Positions 33,602-44,874 of a stretch of DNA of 64,000 nt are shown in pieces (position 1 is the first letter of the stretch; the number at the start of each line of letters is the position of its first letter). The position numbers and the translations under genes are program-made. This DNA is from Klebsiella phage fENko-Kae01. The notes under the pieces were generated by a model. It saw only the letters and a list, made by a program, of their open reading frames with translations, made no database searches and had not been told where the DNA came from. The stretch lies in the sequence record OR228459.1; one strand, given 5' to 3'.

Positions 33602-34334
33602 TAGAAACGAAGTTAACAACATTATGGATATGCTTGGTTCTCTAGATGAAATCGAAGCAGGAACTAATGCACCCGTAGCGTCACAAGAATCTTTTAATGC
33701 AACTCGTGATCTTCTAAGTGGACTAAATGATATTGGTCTAGCGTATGGTAACTTATTAACACCAGAAAATGCAGTACCAGATCAAATAAGTGAATCTCAA
33801 TTATATGAGAACTATGACGATTTCGAAGCACAAGAAAGATTAAACCACATTTATGGACAAGACCCTAATGGCGTTATTAATTACGAACAGGGTAAACCAC
33901 AAACTAAATCAGTACAACAAACTTTTAAACCAAGTATTGGTTCACCTAAAACTGCATGGTCATTGGTGGAAGAAGTTGCTCCCGGAACAAAGAGTACTAA
34001 AGTCTATAGTATTCAATCCAACCATAGTGGACAAAAGATTATGGATGGTATCATGATGTACGAAGCAGCCTTGACTCTAACTAATCTTCTAAATGAAGGT
34101 CGTAAGATTAATGATACTAAGATGCTAGGCATTATTAGTTCAGGATTGCAGTACACTAATGTTGTAAACGAAGGCATTAAAGCCGCTCGCGAACGACAAA
34201 AAGTACTTAAAGAATCTCGTTATGATGATGCGAAAGACCTTGATATTATTATTGCAGAAAAGAAAGCGGAAGCGTACAAGTTAAAAGAACGAGTACTTAC
34301 CTTTTTGCAAAAAGAAGGTTACATTAGTAAATAA
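33594..34334 (+). CDS. hypothetical protein
   Basis: 246 aa. Confidence 0.5.
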   Translation: MIDRNEVNNIMDMLGSLDEIEAGTNAPVASQESFNATRDLLSGLNDIGLAYGNLLTPENAVPDQISESQLYENYDDFEAQERLNHIYGQDPNGVINYEQGKPQTKSVQQTFKPSIGSPKTAWSLVEEVAPGTKSTKVYSIQSNHSGQKIMDGIMMYEAALTLTNLLNEGRKINDTKMLGIISSGLQYTNVVNEGIKAARERQKVLKESRYDDAKDLDIIIAEKKAEAYKLKERVLTFLQKEGYISK

Positions 34335-34365
34335 ATTAGAATTTAATCTTATAAGGAAATAAGGA

Positions 34366-34986
34366 ATGTCTAAACAATTCAAAAAAATGATGGAAGCCGA
34401 GTCGAAAGCAGAAGCTCTAACTCTTGTTAAACTAACCGAATCTAACATTGAGAAAGCAGAAATTGTACTCGCAGTTAAAGGTGAAATCGTGGATAAACTT
34501 CAACGCCAAGCTGAAGTAATTAACAACATGGGTGTTGACGTACTAGGCCCACTACTTGATCGTATTAAAGCAGAACATGGTATTGAGAGTGCTGATGCAT
34601 TTCGCAATAATATCAGTGGACTACTTGAACAAGCCGTTAAAACTCTAATGGATGTTAAAGACAAGATCAGTACTGAAACTCTAAAACTAACTGGTGATAT
34701 TACTAATGCACCAGACGTTTCTGATATTGGCGGTGAAGATGTATCTCTAGATATTGATACCCCTGATTTTGATTTCGAAGGTGATGCTGAATTCAGCGAT
34801 GATCTAGTAGAACCAGTTCCAGCAGAACGTGAAATGCGTGAAAGTGTTAAACCACGTATTGGGTTAAAACTTGAAAGCAACAAAGGCACTATCGGTACTA
34901 AATTCTTCGAATCTAAGACTGAAGCTAAAAAGTGGCTAACTGAAAACCAAAATAAAGTAAAACGTGTAATTGGTTTCACCAAATAA
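34366..34986 (+). CDS. hypothetical acidic coiled-coil protein (scaffold-like?)
   Basis: 206 aa, AAGGAA RBS, Asp/Glu-rich C-terminal half. Confidence 0.5.
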   Translation: MSKQFKKMMEAESKAEALTLVKLTESNIEKAEIVLAVKGEIVDKLQRQAEVINNMGVDVLGPLLDRIKAEHGIESADAFRNNISGLLEQAVKTLMDVKDKISTETLKLTGDITNAPDVSDIGGEDVSLDIDTPDFDFEGDAEFSDDLVEPVPAEREMRESVKPRIGLKLESNKGTIGTKFFESKTEAKKWLTENQNKVKRVIGFTK

Positions 34987-34998
34987 GAGAGGTGCTAA

Positions 34999-35328
34999 AT
35001 GAGATTCAGTGATTTAACTGAAGAAGCACCCGCAAAAGATATTCGCAACATGATTACCAGTGTTGCGTTATCTCTAGTAGCTAGTGGGCGTGAAAATGTT
35101 AGTGTGCAATCTCTAATTGCAGAAATTAAAAAACGTACTAACATTGATGTTCCTTATAATGTTATGATGGATATCTTAAACTCTTTGCCATTTGTACAGG
35201 ATGCCAATTCTGATATGGTACAATTTGCTGGTGCTGATGAAAGCAGTAGTGAAGAGGGTGAAAGCTCAGAAGACATTGTAAGCGATATGGCTACAAAAGC
35301 TGCAACCAGCAGCATGAACCAAAAATAA
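34999..35328 (+). CDS. hypothetical protein
   Basis: 109 aa with GAGAGG RBS. Confidence 0.45.
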   Translation: MRFSDLTEEAPAKDIRNMITSVALSLVASGRENVSVQSLIAEIKKRTNIDVPYNVMMDILNSLPFVQDANSDMVQFAGADESSSEEGESSEDIVSDMATKAATSSMNQK

Positions 35329-35359
35329 TTGAGACAAAACAGAATAAATGTGCTATAAT
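35329..35359 (+). promoter_or_regulatory. promoter family copy 8 (TTGAGACA...TGTGCTATAAT)
   Basis: ttgagaca at 35329-35336 and tgtgctataat at 35349-35359. Confidence 0.55.
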
Positions 35360-35372
35360 AGGAGTACAACGG

Positions 35373-36080
35373 ATGTACACACCACCTATGATTGAACGGT
35401 ACACTTATCTCGGTTATGATCGTATCGAAGGCGGCCCAGAAGGTCGCCTTTATGCTACCCCTACCGGGAATCTACCGTCAGTTACTACCATCTTGAGTGC
35501 TACCTCAGATGATGAAGGACTAAAACAGTGGCGAGCATTCGTCGGTGAACAAAAAGCAAATGAAATAACATTGGAAGCAACAACTATCGGTACGTTCATG
35601 CATGAGAATTTAGAACGCCGTTTGATTGGAGAAGAAGATCATTTGGGCGGTATGCCAATTCGAGTGTTAGCTCGTAACATGGCAGACGTTATTCAGCGTG
35701 AAGCATGGCCTAAAATCAATGAAGTATGGGGGCAAGAAGTTCCTTTATTTTATGAAGGTCTTTGGGCTGGAACTACTGACTTAGTAGGAATGCACGATGG
35801 TATACCAACGATAATGGATTACAAAAACTCTCGTAAACCTAAGAAATGGGATAAGATTGAGAACTACAGATTACAGACCGCAGCATATGCATTAGCACAT
35901 AATCAAATGTTCGGTACTGATATACAACGTGGAGTAATCTTTATCTGTGTTCGAGAAGACCCAAACAATCTTCAGTACCAAGAATTCGTAATTGAAGGAC
36001 AGGACTTTGAAGATGCGAAAAAAGGTTGGATTGAAAGAGTAGAGCAATACTATATTATGAGAGGCGATATTACAAAATGA
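35373..36080 (+). CDS. PD-(D/E)xK nuclease (RecB/Cas4-like phage exonuclease fold)
   Basis: TPTGNLPSVTTIL, GTTDLVG, MDYK, RLQTAAYALAH (QxxxY). Confidence 0.5.
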   Translation: MYTPPMIERYTYLGYDRIEGGPEGRLYATPTGNLPSVTTILSATSDDEGLKQWRAFVGEQKANEITLEATTIGTFMHENLERRLIGEEDHLGGMPIRVLARNMADVIQREAWPKINEVWGQEVPLFYEGLWAGTTDLVGMHDGIPTIMDYKNSRKPKKWDKIENYRLQTAAYALAHNQMFGTDIQRGVIFICVREDPNNLQYQEFVIEGQDFEDAKKGWIERVEQYYIMRGDITK

Positions 36081-36634
36081 ACAGAGCTATGAAAGAAGAT
36101 ATTTTTACAATTAAAGCAATCGAAAGTAAAGGTTATAAAATGGAAGAACTAATTGTTCTATCCGATGAAGAACTTGATGAATTACCAATTTCTCAACGTC
36201 TAATCGATGGCATTAAAACTGTTAAAGCACGTGGAGGAAAAACGGCTGATCAAATCGCAGAAGAGATTGCCGATTTAATGACGAAAGACGTCACTAGTAC
36301 TGAAGAAGTTGATGTTCCTGAAGTCGTTGAAGTTTACGAAACTCTATCTCCAGAACACATTGCTATTCAAGAAGAAATCATTGAAGAAGCTCTTGAAGAA
36401 GAAATTGCTGAAGATGAAGTTCAAATTGTTCGTGTTGAATCTGCACCAGAAGATATTAAAACTGTAGAAGAAGTTCTAGAGACTAAATCTTATAAATCAT
36501 TCCAACCATACATCAAACTACTACAATCTGAAGTTCCTAAAGTTATTTTGGATGCAGTTGATAGTACGCTAATTTCAGAACTAATTGAAAAGCGTATCAC
36601 TGCTGTTAAACAAGCAGCGAAAAAAACTAAATAA
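36077..36634 (+). CDS. hypothetical acidic protein
   Basis: 185 aa, E-rich. Confidence 0.5.
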   Translation: MNRAMKEDIFTIKAIESKGYKMEELIVLSDEELDELPISQRLIDGIKTVKARGGKTADQIAEEIADLMTKDVTSTEEVDVPEVVEVYETLSPEHIAIQEEIIEEALEEEIAEDEVQIVRVESAPEDIKTVEEVLETKSYKSFQPYIKLLQSEVPKVILDAVDSTLISELIEKRITAVKQAAKKTK

Positions 36635-36662
36635 TCCTATACTATATTAGGAGAATTTAGGT

Positions 36663-37235
36663 ATGGCACAAAAACAAATTGCCTTACAACAAGTACGTTC
36701 GGGTAAACAGCGTGATTTACCCGATGCTCTTGCGAAAGGCCAGATTGGATTCAGTACTGACGTGGGTCGTTTATTCATTGGACTACCGAGTAGTTCAGAA
36801 CCAGCATCATTAGTTGCTGGTCGTAACTGGACTAATGCACCAAACAGCGGGAAAGAAAACGTAGAAATCATTACTGAATTTACACCTTGGGAAATTATTA
36901 ACAGTGTGGTTAATAAACCTAATGTATTAACACTTCCAGCTAACCAAAAAACTACTACAACTATTCGTACATCGTCTCGCGTATTCCTTGAGTATGTTGC
37001 ATACGATAATGATAAATTGTTAGAAACTGGTTCAGTTCAATTGGTAGCAGTTGATACAACGAATGTATTAATCTCTCAACAAAACAACACTAACAAATCT
37101 GATGGTATCGTTGCGATAGATTTTGAACAACCATCATATGACGTAGGTACTAAACGTTTAACTATTACTATTAACAATCGAAGTAGTACCGCAATAACAC
37201 TTGAATTTATTATAAGAGGGTGGGATAAGCAATAA
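36663..37235 (+). CDS. hypothetical protein
   Basis: 190 aa with AGGAGA RBS. Confidence 0.5.
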   Translation: MAQKQIALQQVRSGKQRDLPDALAKGQIGFSTDVGRLFIGLPSSSEPASLVAGRNWTNAPNSGKENVEIITEFTPWEIINSVVNKPNVLTLPANQKTTTTIRTSSRVFLEYVAYDNDKLLETGSVQLVAVDTTNVLISQQNNTNKSDGIVAIDFEQPSYDVGTKRLTITINNRSSTAITLEFIIRGWDKQ

Positions 37236-37256
37236 AGGCGAATCCCGCCTTTTATT
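37234..37256 (+). terminator. intrinsic terminator
   Basis: aaggcg-aatcc-cgcctt followed by ttattt. Confidence 0.55.
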
Positions 37257-37262
37257 TCCCCT

Positions 37263-37270
37263 TATAAATA
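37263..37270 (+). promoter_or_regulatory. TATAAATA box upstream of nrdA
   Basis: tataaata 34 nt upstream of ATG 37304. Confidence 0.25.
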
Positions 37271-37303
37271 TAAAACTGAAAATAATTAACACAAGGAAGT
37301 CAA

Positions 37304-39649
37304 ATGATCAACGTTACGAAACGTAATGGTGCTAAGGAAGCACTTAATCTTGAAAAAATTCACCAAATTCTATTTTTCGCTTGCGAAGGACTAACTGGAG
37401 TGTCCGTATCAGAAATTGAGGTTCGAGCACAGTTACAGTTCTATGAAGGTATCGAAACTAATGCAATTCATGATATTCTAATTAAAGCTGCTTCTGAACT
37501 AATTACAGTTGATACCCCTAACTATCAATATGTAGCAGGTCGTCTAATTAACTATTCACTACGTAAGAAAGTGTATGGTAATTATGAACCACCAAAATTC
37601 GCTGCACATGTTCAAGATCTAATCGATCGTGATGTATATGACAAAGAAATTCTTGAAAAATATACGCTAACTGAAATCGAAGAACTAGGTAAGTACATCA
37701 AACATAAACGTGATGATAGATTCACTTTCGTTGCAATGAAGCAATGGGAAGGGAAATATCTTTGTAAGCACCGTGTTACTAAGCAAATTTACGAAACCCC
37801 ACAAATGGCTTACATGATGATTGCAGCAATCGTCTTTATGGAGTACAATCGTGATGTTCGTATGAGCTATGTAAAACGTTTTTATGATGCAATCAGTAAT
37901 TTTGATATTAGTCTTCCAACACCAATCATGGCTGGTCTTCGTACTAATACACGTCAGTTTAGTTCATGTGTGGTTCTAAACGTGGGTGATAGCCTCGATA
38001 GTATCGGTGCTTCCAACCATGCTATTTTACGTTATATCTCACGTAAAGCTGGTCTAGGAATTAACTACGGTCGTGTTCGTGCAATCGATTCAGAAATACG
38101 TGGTGGTGATGCGGTACATACAGGTTTAATTCCTTTCATTACTGCAAGTACTAAAACTGTTAAATCATGCTCTCAAGGCGGTGTACGTGGTGGTGCAGCA
38201 ACTATTCACTTCCCACTTTGGCATCTAGAATTTGAAAATCTTGTAGTACTTAAGAACAACAAAGGAACCGAGTTTAACCGTGTTCGTCAAAGTGACTACT
38301 GCTTCCAAATCAACAAAACTTTATACGAGCGTCTAACCAAAAAAGGTGATATTACTTTCTTCTCACCTAGTGACGTACCCGGTCTATATGATGCATTCTG
38401 CTCAGACCAAAAAGAATTCGCACGTTTGTATAAGAAGTATGAAGCAGACCCTACTATTCGTAAGAAAGTACTACCAGCGATTGACGTATTCACTGTTCTA
38501 ATGCAACAACGTGCAGAGACAGGACGTATCTACGTTCAGAACATTGATTTGACTAACGAACACTCACCATTCGATCCTAAAGTGGCACCAGTTGAGCAAA
38601 GTAATCTTTGCCAAGAAATTGCATTACCTTCAGTTCCATTTGATGATGTAAACAGTGGTGAAGATGGTCTAATCAGCCTTTGCACACTAAGTGCAATTAA
38701 TTGGGGCAACTTTGACAAACCTGAAGATATGGAAAATGCTTGCGATCTAGCTGTTCGTGCGTTAGACTCTCTACTTGATTATCAGGACTACCCTGTAATC
38801 CACGCAGAACGAGCTACACGAGCTTATCGACCACTAGGTGTAGGTATCATCAACTTGGCATATTTCCTTGCTAAACGTGGCCTACGTTACGATGATGGTG
38901 CATTGGAAACAGTAAACACATGGGCTGAAGCATGGTCTTATTACCTACTTAAATCTTCCGTTCAACTAGCGAAAGAAAAAGGTAAATGTGAATGGTTTGA
39001 TAATCTAAAATATGCACAAGGTATTCTACCAATTGACACTTATAAAAAGTCCGTCGATGATCTAGTAGGTACTGAACTAAAAATGGATTGGGATTCCCTA
39101 CGTGCTGATATTGCACAATACGGTATTCGTAATGCTACTACTATGGCTCTAATGCCAGCAGAAACCAGTGCTCAAATTAGTAACAGTACTAATGGTATTG
39201 AACCACCACGTAGTCTAGTATCCGTTAAAGCATCTAAAGATGGTATTCTAAAACAAGTTGTTCCTGAAATTGGTAAATTGAAGAACAAATACACCCTACT
39301 ATGGGATCAAAAGAACAACGAAGGTTATATTAAAATTTGTGGTGTACTACAAAAATATATTGACCAAAGTATCAGTGCAAATACCAGTTATAACCCAGAA
39401 CACTTCCCAGATAAGAAACTATCAATGAAAGTACTTCTAGGTGAACTACTAATGTGCTATAAGTATGGGCTTAAAAACCTATACTATATGAACACCAACG
39501 ATGGTAGTGGTGAAATTGATATTGAACTACTAGAGAAGTCTCAGTCAGAACAAAAGGCTGAAGCGGAAGAACTAGTACCAACAGGTGGATTCATTCTACC
39601 AAACCTATCAATGCTACCAGATGATGATTGCGATAGTTGCAAAATCTAA
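37304..39649 (+). CDS. nrdA: ribonucleotide reductase class Ia alpha subunit
   Basis: N-terminal ATP cone (VTKRNGAKEALNLEKI) and catalytic core. C-terminal CxxC (CDSC). Confidence 0.9.
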   Translation: MINVTKRNGAKEALNLEKIHQILFFACEGLTGVSVSEIEVRAQLQFYEGIETNAIHDILIKAASELITVDTPNYQYVAGRLINYSLRKKVYGNYEPPKFAAHVQDLIDRDVYDKEILEKYTLTEIEELGKYIKHKRDDRFTFVAMKQWEGKYLCKHRVTKQIYETPQMAYMMIAAIVFMEYNRDVRMSYVKRFYDAISNFDISLPTPIMAGLRTNTRQFSSCVVLNVGDSLDSIGASNHAILRYISRKAGLGINYGRVRAIDSEIRGGDAVHTGLIPFITASTKTVKSCSQGGVRGGAATIHFPLWHLEFENLVVLKNNKGTEFNRVRQSDYCFQINKTLYERLTKKGDITFFSPSDVPGLYDAFCSDQKEFARLYKKYEADPTIRKKVLPAIDVFTVLMQQRAETGRIYVQNIDLTNEHSPFDPKVAPVEQSNLCQEIALPSVPFDDVNSGEDGLISLCTLSAINWGNFDKPEDMENACDLAVRALDSLLDYQDYPVIHAERATRAYRPLGVGIINLAYFLAKRGLRYDDGALETVNTWAEAWSYYLLKSSVQLAKEKGKCEWFDNLKYAQGILPIDTYKKSVDDLVGTELKMDWDSLRADIAQYGIRNATTMALMPAETSAQISNSTNGIEPPRSLVSVKASKDGILKQVVPEIGKLKNKYTLLWDQKNNEGYIKICGVLQKYIDQSISANTSYNPEHFPDKKLSMKVLLGELLMCYKYGLKNLYYMNTNDGSGEIDIELLEKSQSEQKAEAEELVPTGGFILPNLSMLPDDDCDSCKI

Positions 39650-39652
39650 TTA

Positions 39653-39686
39653 AAAAGAGTCCCACATGAAGTGGGACTTTTCTTTC
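39653..39686 (+). terminator. intrinsic terminator
   Basis: agtcccac-atgaa-gtgggact followed by TTTTCTTT. Confidence 0.7.
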
Positions 39687-39712
39687 ACAGAAATAAACAA
39701 AAGGAATTGTAA

Positions 39713-40837
39713 ATGTCAGTATTTAAAATTAACGAGAAATCACACTTAGAAAAGCATATGTTTTTTGATGAGTCTGTTGATATTCAACGTTTTGAATCCG
39801 TAAAGTATCCAGCATTGGAAAAATTAACAGAACAGCAAAAGAGTTTCTTCTGGACACCAGAAGAAGTAGATGTGACTCGTGATAAAATTGACTTCTCCGG
39901 TTTGAGTGATAATGAGAAACATATCTTCACATCGAACCTTAAACGTCAAATCCTTCTAGATTCAGTACAAGGACGTGGCCCAAACTTAATGCTACTACCT
40001 TATGCATCCCTACCTGAACTAGAAAACTTTATTGAAACTTGGGCTTTCTTTGAAGGTGCTATCCATAGTCGTTCATATACGCATATTATTCGTAACGTAT
40101 ATCCAAACCCATCCGAAGTGTTTGATACTATGCTCGACATTCCTGAGATTACTTCTTGTGCTGCTGATATTGCAAAGTACTATGATGATCTTGATGTAGC
40201 TGGCACTTACTATAAGATGCTAGGACTCGGTACTCATATTATCAATGGTGAAACTGTTGAAGTTAGCGAGTATGAACTCAAGAAGAAACTATGGCTATGC
40301 TTGAACAGCATTAACGTACTAGAAGGTATTCGCTTCTATGTATCCTTTGCATGTTCATGGGCTTTTGCAGAAAACAAACTAATGGAAGGGAATGCTAAAA
40401 TCATCCGTCTAATTTGTCGTGATGAGAACCTTCATTTAGCAGCTACCCAAATGATTCTTCGCCTACTCAAGAAAGAAGATCCAGACTTCGCTAAAATTGC
40501 AGAAGAATGCCATGAAGAAGTACAAACAATGTTCATGGATGCAATTCGTCAAGAAGAAGAATGGGCTGACTATCTATTCAAAGATGGTTCTATTATTGGA
40601 TTGAACGCTCAAATTCTAAAAGATTATATTCGTTGGATTGGTTCTAAACGTATGATTGCAATTGGCGTTAAATGTCCATTCAGTGTATCCAAAAACAATC
40701 CACTACCTTGGACTGTAGAATGGATCAGTAGTGCTGATGTACAAGTGGCACCACAAGAAACTGAAATAAGTTCTTATATTATTGGTGGTATCACTAATGA
40801 TATTGAAGAAAATGATTTTTCAGATTACGATTTATAA
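39713..40837 (+). CDS. nrdB: ribonucleotide reductase class Ia beta subunit
   Basis: FEGAIHSRSYTHII di-iron/tyrosyl-radical region. 374 aa. Confidence 0.9.
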   Translation: MSVFKINEKSHLEKHMFFDESVDIQRFESVKYPALEKLTEQQKSFFWTPEEVDVTRDKIDFSGLSDNEKHIFTSNLKRQILLDSVQGRGPNLMLLPYASLPELENFIETWAFFEGAIHSRSYTHIIRNVYPNPSEVFDTMLDIPEITSCAADIAKYYDDLDVAGTYYKMLGLGTHIINGETVEVSEYELKKKLWLCLNSINVLEGIRFYVSFACSWAFAENKLMEGNAKIIRLICRDENLHLAATQMILRLLKKEDPDFAKIAEECHEEVQTMFMDAIRQEEEWADYLFKDGSIIGLNAQILKDYIRWIGSKRMIAIGVKCPFSVSKNNPLPWTVEWISSADVQVAPQETEISSYIIGGITNDIEENDFSDYDL

Positions 40838-40841
40838 TACT

Positions 40842-40866
40842 TAGGGACACAATGTGTCCCTTTTTC
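40842..40866 (+). terminator. intrinsic terminator
   Basis: gggacac-aat-gtgtccc followed by TTTTT. Confidence 0.7.
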
Positions 40867-40867
40867 A

Positions 40868-41062
40868 TTGGAGTTATATATGAGCGACGTTTTTTCTTTT
40901 ATGAGAGATGTTGAGTACGTAATAGTACTAGAAGGTTCTATTCAATTAACAGGTATGGTTGAAGAAACTTATGATAACGGTATTCAGTTACATGATGGAA
41001 CCTGCATCCCACAGGATAAAATTTTATTTTTCAAAGCAAATCTTGGGACAAATCCCGAATAA
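40868..41062 (+). CDS. small hypothetical protein whose 3' end overlaps the next promoter
   Basis: Likely start at 40880 with GGAG RBS. The last codons encode ttgggacaaatcccgaataa, which is the -35 region. Confidence 0.3.
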   Translation: MELYMSDVFSFMRDVEYVIVLEGSIQLTGMVEETYDNGIQLHDGTCIPQDKILFFKANLGTNPE

Positions 41063-41073
41063 TGTGATATAAT
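41043..41073 (+). promoter_or_regulatory. promoter family copy 9
   Basis: ttgggaca at 41043-41050 and tgtgatataat at 41063-41073. Confidence 0.6.
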
Positions 41074-41101
41074 AAACACATCAATAACACAGGAGAAAAA
41101 A

Positions 41102-41335
41102 ATGGATAAGAACGCACTAAACGAAATGGTAGAAGAAAGCATTGAAACCGCTGGTAAAGAAGTTGGATACACTCTAAGCGAAGAAGAACTAGAATATTCT
41201 AAAAAAATCATTGCTCAACTATCTGGCTATTACGCTCGTAAAGATGCTAAGAAAGTAGAATATCGCAAAATCAAACAGCGTCGTCGTGCTGCAAACAAAA
41301 CTGCAAAAGCATCTCGTCGTAAGAACCGCAAATAA
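41102..41335 (+). CDS. hypothetical protein with basic C-terminus
   Basis: 77 aa with AGGAGA RBS. Confidence 0.5.
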   Translation: MDKNALNEMVEESIETAGKEVGYTLSEEELEYSKKIIAQLSGYYARKDAKKVEYRKIKQRRRAANKTAKASRRKNRK

Positions 41336-41341
41336 GAGGTA

Positions 41342-41737
41342 TTGATGAATTTCACTTTTGAACAAATTCAAGAGACTTTTCCTAAACACGCCAACCGCAC
41401 TAAGCGGTTGCGTAAGAAGTTACATGTAGATGACTTCGCGGAAATTATGTTTTCGTTTACATTAAAAATTCCAGTATTTGATTTATCACCCAAACTACAG
41501 GATGCTTGTTTGGATATCATGTGTGAACATGATGCTGGATGTTTTATCTTTTCTGATAGTTCATCTGCATCATTCAGTGTATTGTCTGGATTATTAAAGA
41601 AAAGTGTAAAAAATCAAGAAGAAATTATTTCGTACATTACGAATTTGATTTCAAAACTTTCAGAAGTAGAAAAAGAATTTAGGAATATTGACGCAGTACA
41701 TGTAACATATGGTGATGCGTATTATGGAGAATGGTAA
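41342..41737 (+). CDS. hypothetical protein
   Basis: 131 aa with GAGG RBS. Confidence 0.5.
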   Translation: MMNFTFEQIQETFPKHANRTKRLRKKLHVDDFAEIMFSFTLKIPVFDLSPKLQDACLDIMCEHDAGCFIFSDSSSASFSVLSGLLKKSVKNQEEIISYITNLISKLSEVEKEFRNIDAVHVTYGDAYYGEW

Positions 41738-42429
41738 TGAATGTACAAACCCAAATTGCACAAGTAGCTAATTTTATGAAAGCTGCTGGTCAAGAAATCA
41801 ATATTACACCAACAGCAGTAAGTCTAGGTGTTGCAAATCTACGTTATAATCTAATCATTGAAGAGATCGCAGGTAGGAATGAATTTCAATACTGTTCCGA
41901 ACGTGACGACATTGTTGGTATGCTAGATGGTCTATGTGATATTCTTTATGTTGTATATGGTGCAGCACTAACTTTTGGTGTTAAAATTAAAAGTACTGAA
42001 GTAGCTCATGGCATCGCGGCTGGTAAATTAGCTCCTGCACATATTTCAATTGACGCAGCTAAGAATATGATTTTCGATAGTGATCAATTTGTAGTAGGAT
42101 ACAAAACAGGAAATCTACATCTAGTAGAACAATCATTAACGAACATTGTTAATGTTGTTTATGAGTATGCTCGTGTGATTAATGTTGATTTATCTGGTGC
42201 ATTCAATGAAGTTCATCAATCTAACATGAGCAAGTTCAGCCCTACTAAAGAACACGCAGAAGAAAGTGCAGCGACTCGTCTAATTAAAGGTGATGAGAAA
42301 TATCGCAATATTTATGTTGACAGTGTAACTATTGATGGTGAAACATTGTGGATGATCAAACGCACTGAAGATAACAAGATTCTAAAAAGTCTTAATTTCT
42401 TTGAGCCTGATCTAAAAAAATATGTATAA
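41731..42429 (+). CDS. MazG-like all-alpha NTP pyrophosphohydrolase (tentative)
   Basis: LIIEEIAGRNE...DIVGMLDGLCDILYVVYGAA resembles the MazG/HisE EExxE...D motif. Confidence 0.35.
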   Translation: MVMNVQTQIAQVANFMKAAGQEINITPTAVSLGVANLRYNLIIEEIAGRNEFQYCSERDDIVGMLDGLCDILYVVYGAALTFGVKIKSTEVAHGIAAGKLAPAHISIDAAKNMIFDSDQFVVGYKTGNLHLVEQSLTNIVNVVYEYARVINVDLSGAFNEVHQSNMSKFSPTKEHAEESAATRLIKGDEKYRNIYVDSVTIDGETLWMIKRTEDNKILKSLNFFEPDLKKYV

Positions 42430-42430
42430 A

Positions 42431-42456
42431 GAAAAAGGAGGCTTTTGCCTCCTTTA
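42431..42456. terminator. bidirectional intrinsic terminator
   Basis: aaggaggc-tttt-gcctcctt with an A-run upstream and T-rich sequence downstream on both strands. Confidence 0.7.
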
Positions 42457-42462
42457 ATTATG

Positions 42463-43866
<1,404 letters not shown>

Positions 43867-43913
43867 TTATTTTGTTTTTGTTATGTAACTATTTAGCAAC
43901 AAAATATGATTTT

Positions 43914-43944
43914 TTGGGACAAATCGGAAATGATGTGATATAAT
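43914..43944 (+). promoter_or_regulatory. promoter family copy 10
   Basis: ttgggaca at 43914-43921 and tgtgatataat at 43934-43944. Confidence 0.6.
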
Positions 43945-43974
43945 ATAAAAACATACAACTAACGAGGAACATAT

Positions 43975-44388
43975 ATGTTGGATATTGTTGTAAATCTTAT
44001 AGGTATAATATTCTTTACAATATTAGCGGCTTCTGGCTTTACACTAACTGCACAAATATTTTTGTGGGTGAGTGTCTTTGTTTTTTCTGTTCTAACATTC
44101 ATCGCATGGATTACGGTAGAACATAACAAAAATCTTTATAAAAGTGGAAAAAGATTATCAAAAGATTTTATTCAAATGATACCACTTTTAGCAAATACAG
44201 ATTTTGATACAAAATGTGCACACATTTTCTGTGCAAGTATTATTATTGCAATCATTGCATTTTACTTACTACATGTTGTATTTCTATCAATTGCAGTTAT
44301 AGCAGTAATGATTTTACGCATTGTAGTACTACAGAATATAAAGGAGTTTATTCGTAATGTCGAAAATGATCCTAGCCACGAACAGTAA
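43975..44388 (+). CDS. small polytopic membrane protein
   Basis: Four hydrophobic segments in 137 aa. RBS ACGAGGAA. Confidence 0.5.
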   Translation: MLDIVVNLIGIIFFTILAASGFTLTAQIFLWVSVFVFSVLTFIAWITVEHNKNLYKSGKRLSKDFIQMIPLLANTDFDTKCAHIFCASIIIAIIAFYLLHVVFLSIAVIAVMILRIVVLQNIKEFIRNVENDPSHEQ

Positions 44389-44860
44389 TGGTGGAATTGG
44401 TATAAACAATACGATTCCTTGGCATAGTTCAGCAGATTTTAAACACTTCAAAGAAGAGACTATGGATAAAATCGTTATTATGGGTTTTAACACTTGGAAG
44501 TCTCTACCTAAACGCCCACTACCCGGACGATTAAACATCGTCCTTCTTTCTCGCGAGTACAGTAAAGAGAACCGTGATGATGTTGACAAAGACACTTCGG
44601 TACTCTTTCTTGATATCGAAAATTTAGAAAGTATTATTGCTAATAACCCCGATTGTGTTGTCATCGGTGGAGCTAAAATTTATGAAGAAGCAATAAAGTA
44701 TGTTGATACAATTGTACTAAGTATAATTGAGGGGGAGCATGAGTGTGATACCTTTTTTAATATTCACACCCATGCAAGGGAAGAGAATGTTCATTTAGAA
44801 TTGGGTTTGGTTAAAATGTTAGATGATGGAACTATGGTAGAATATTGGAATACTATATAA
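44357..44860 (+). CDS. frd: dihydrofolate reductase
   Basis: MILATNSNGGIG..IPW, VIMGFNTW, LPGR.NIVLS are DHFR motifs. Confidence 0.85.
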   Translation: MSKMILATNSNGGIGINNTIPWHSSADFKHFKEETMDKIVIMGFNTWKSLPKRPLPGRLNIVLLSREYSKENRDDVDKDTSVLFLDIENLESIIANNPDCVVIGGAKIYEEAIKYVDTIVLSIIEGEHECDTFFNIHTHAREENVHLELGLVKMLDDGTMVEYWNTI

Positions 44861-44874
44861 TTGGGGTATAAAGG

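Noticed and set aside
39713-40837. Group I introns in nrdB, nrdA or the polymerase, as found in T4 td, nrdB and nrdD
   Set aside because: All three ORFs are uninterrupted and collinear with their protein families.
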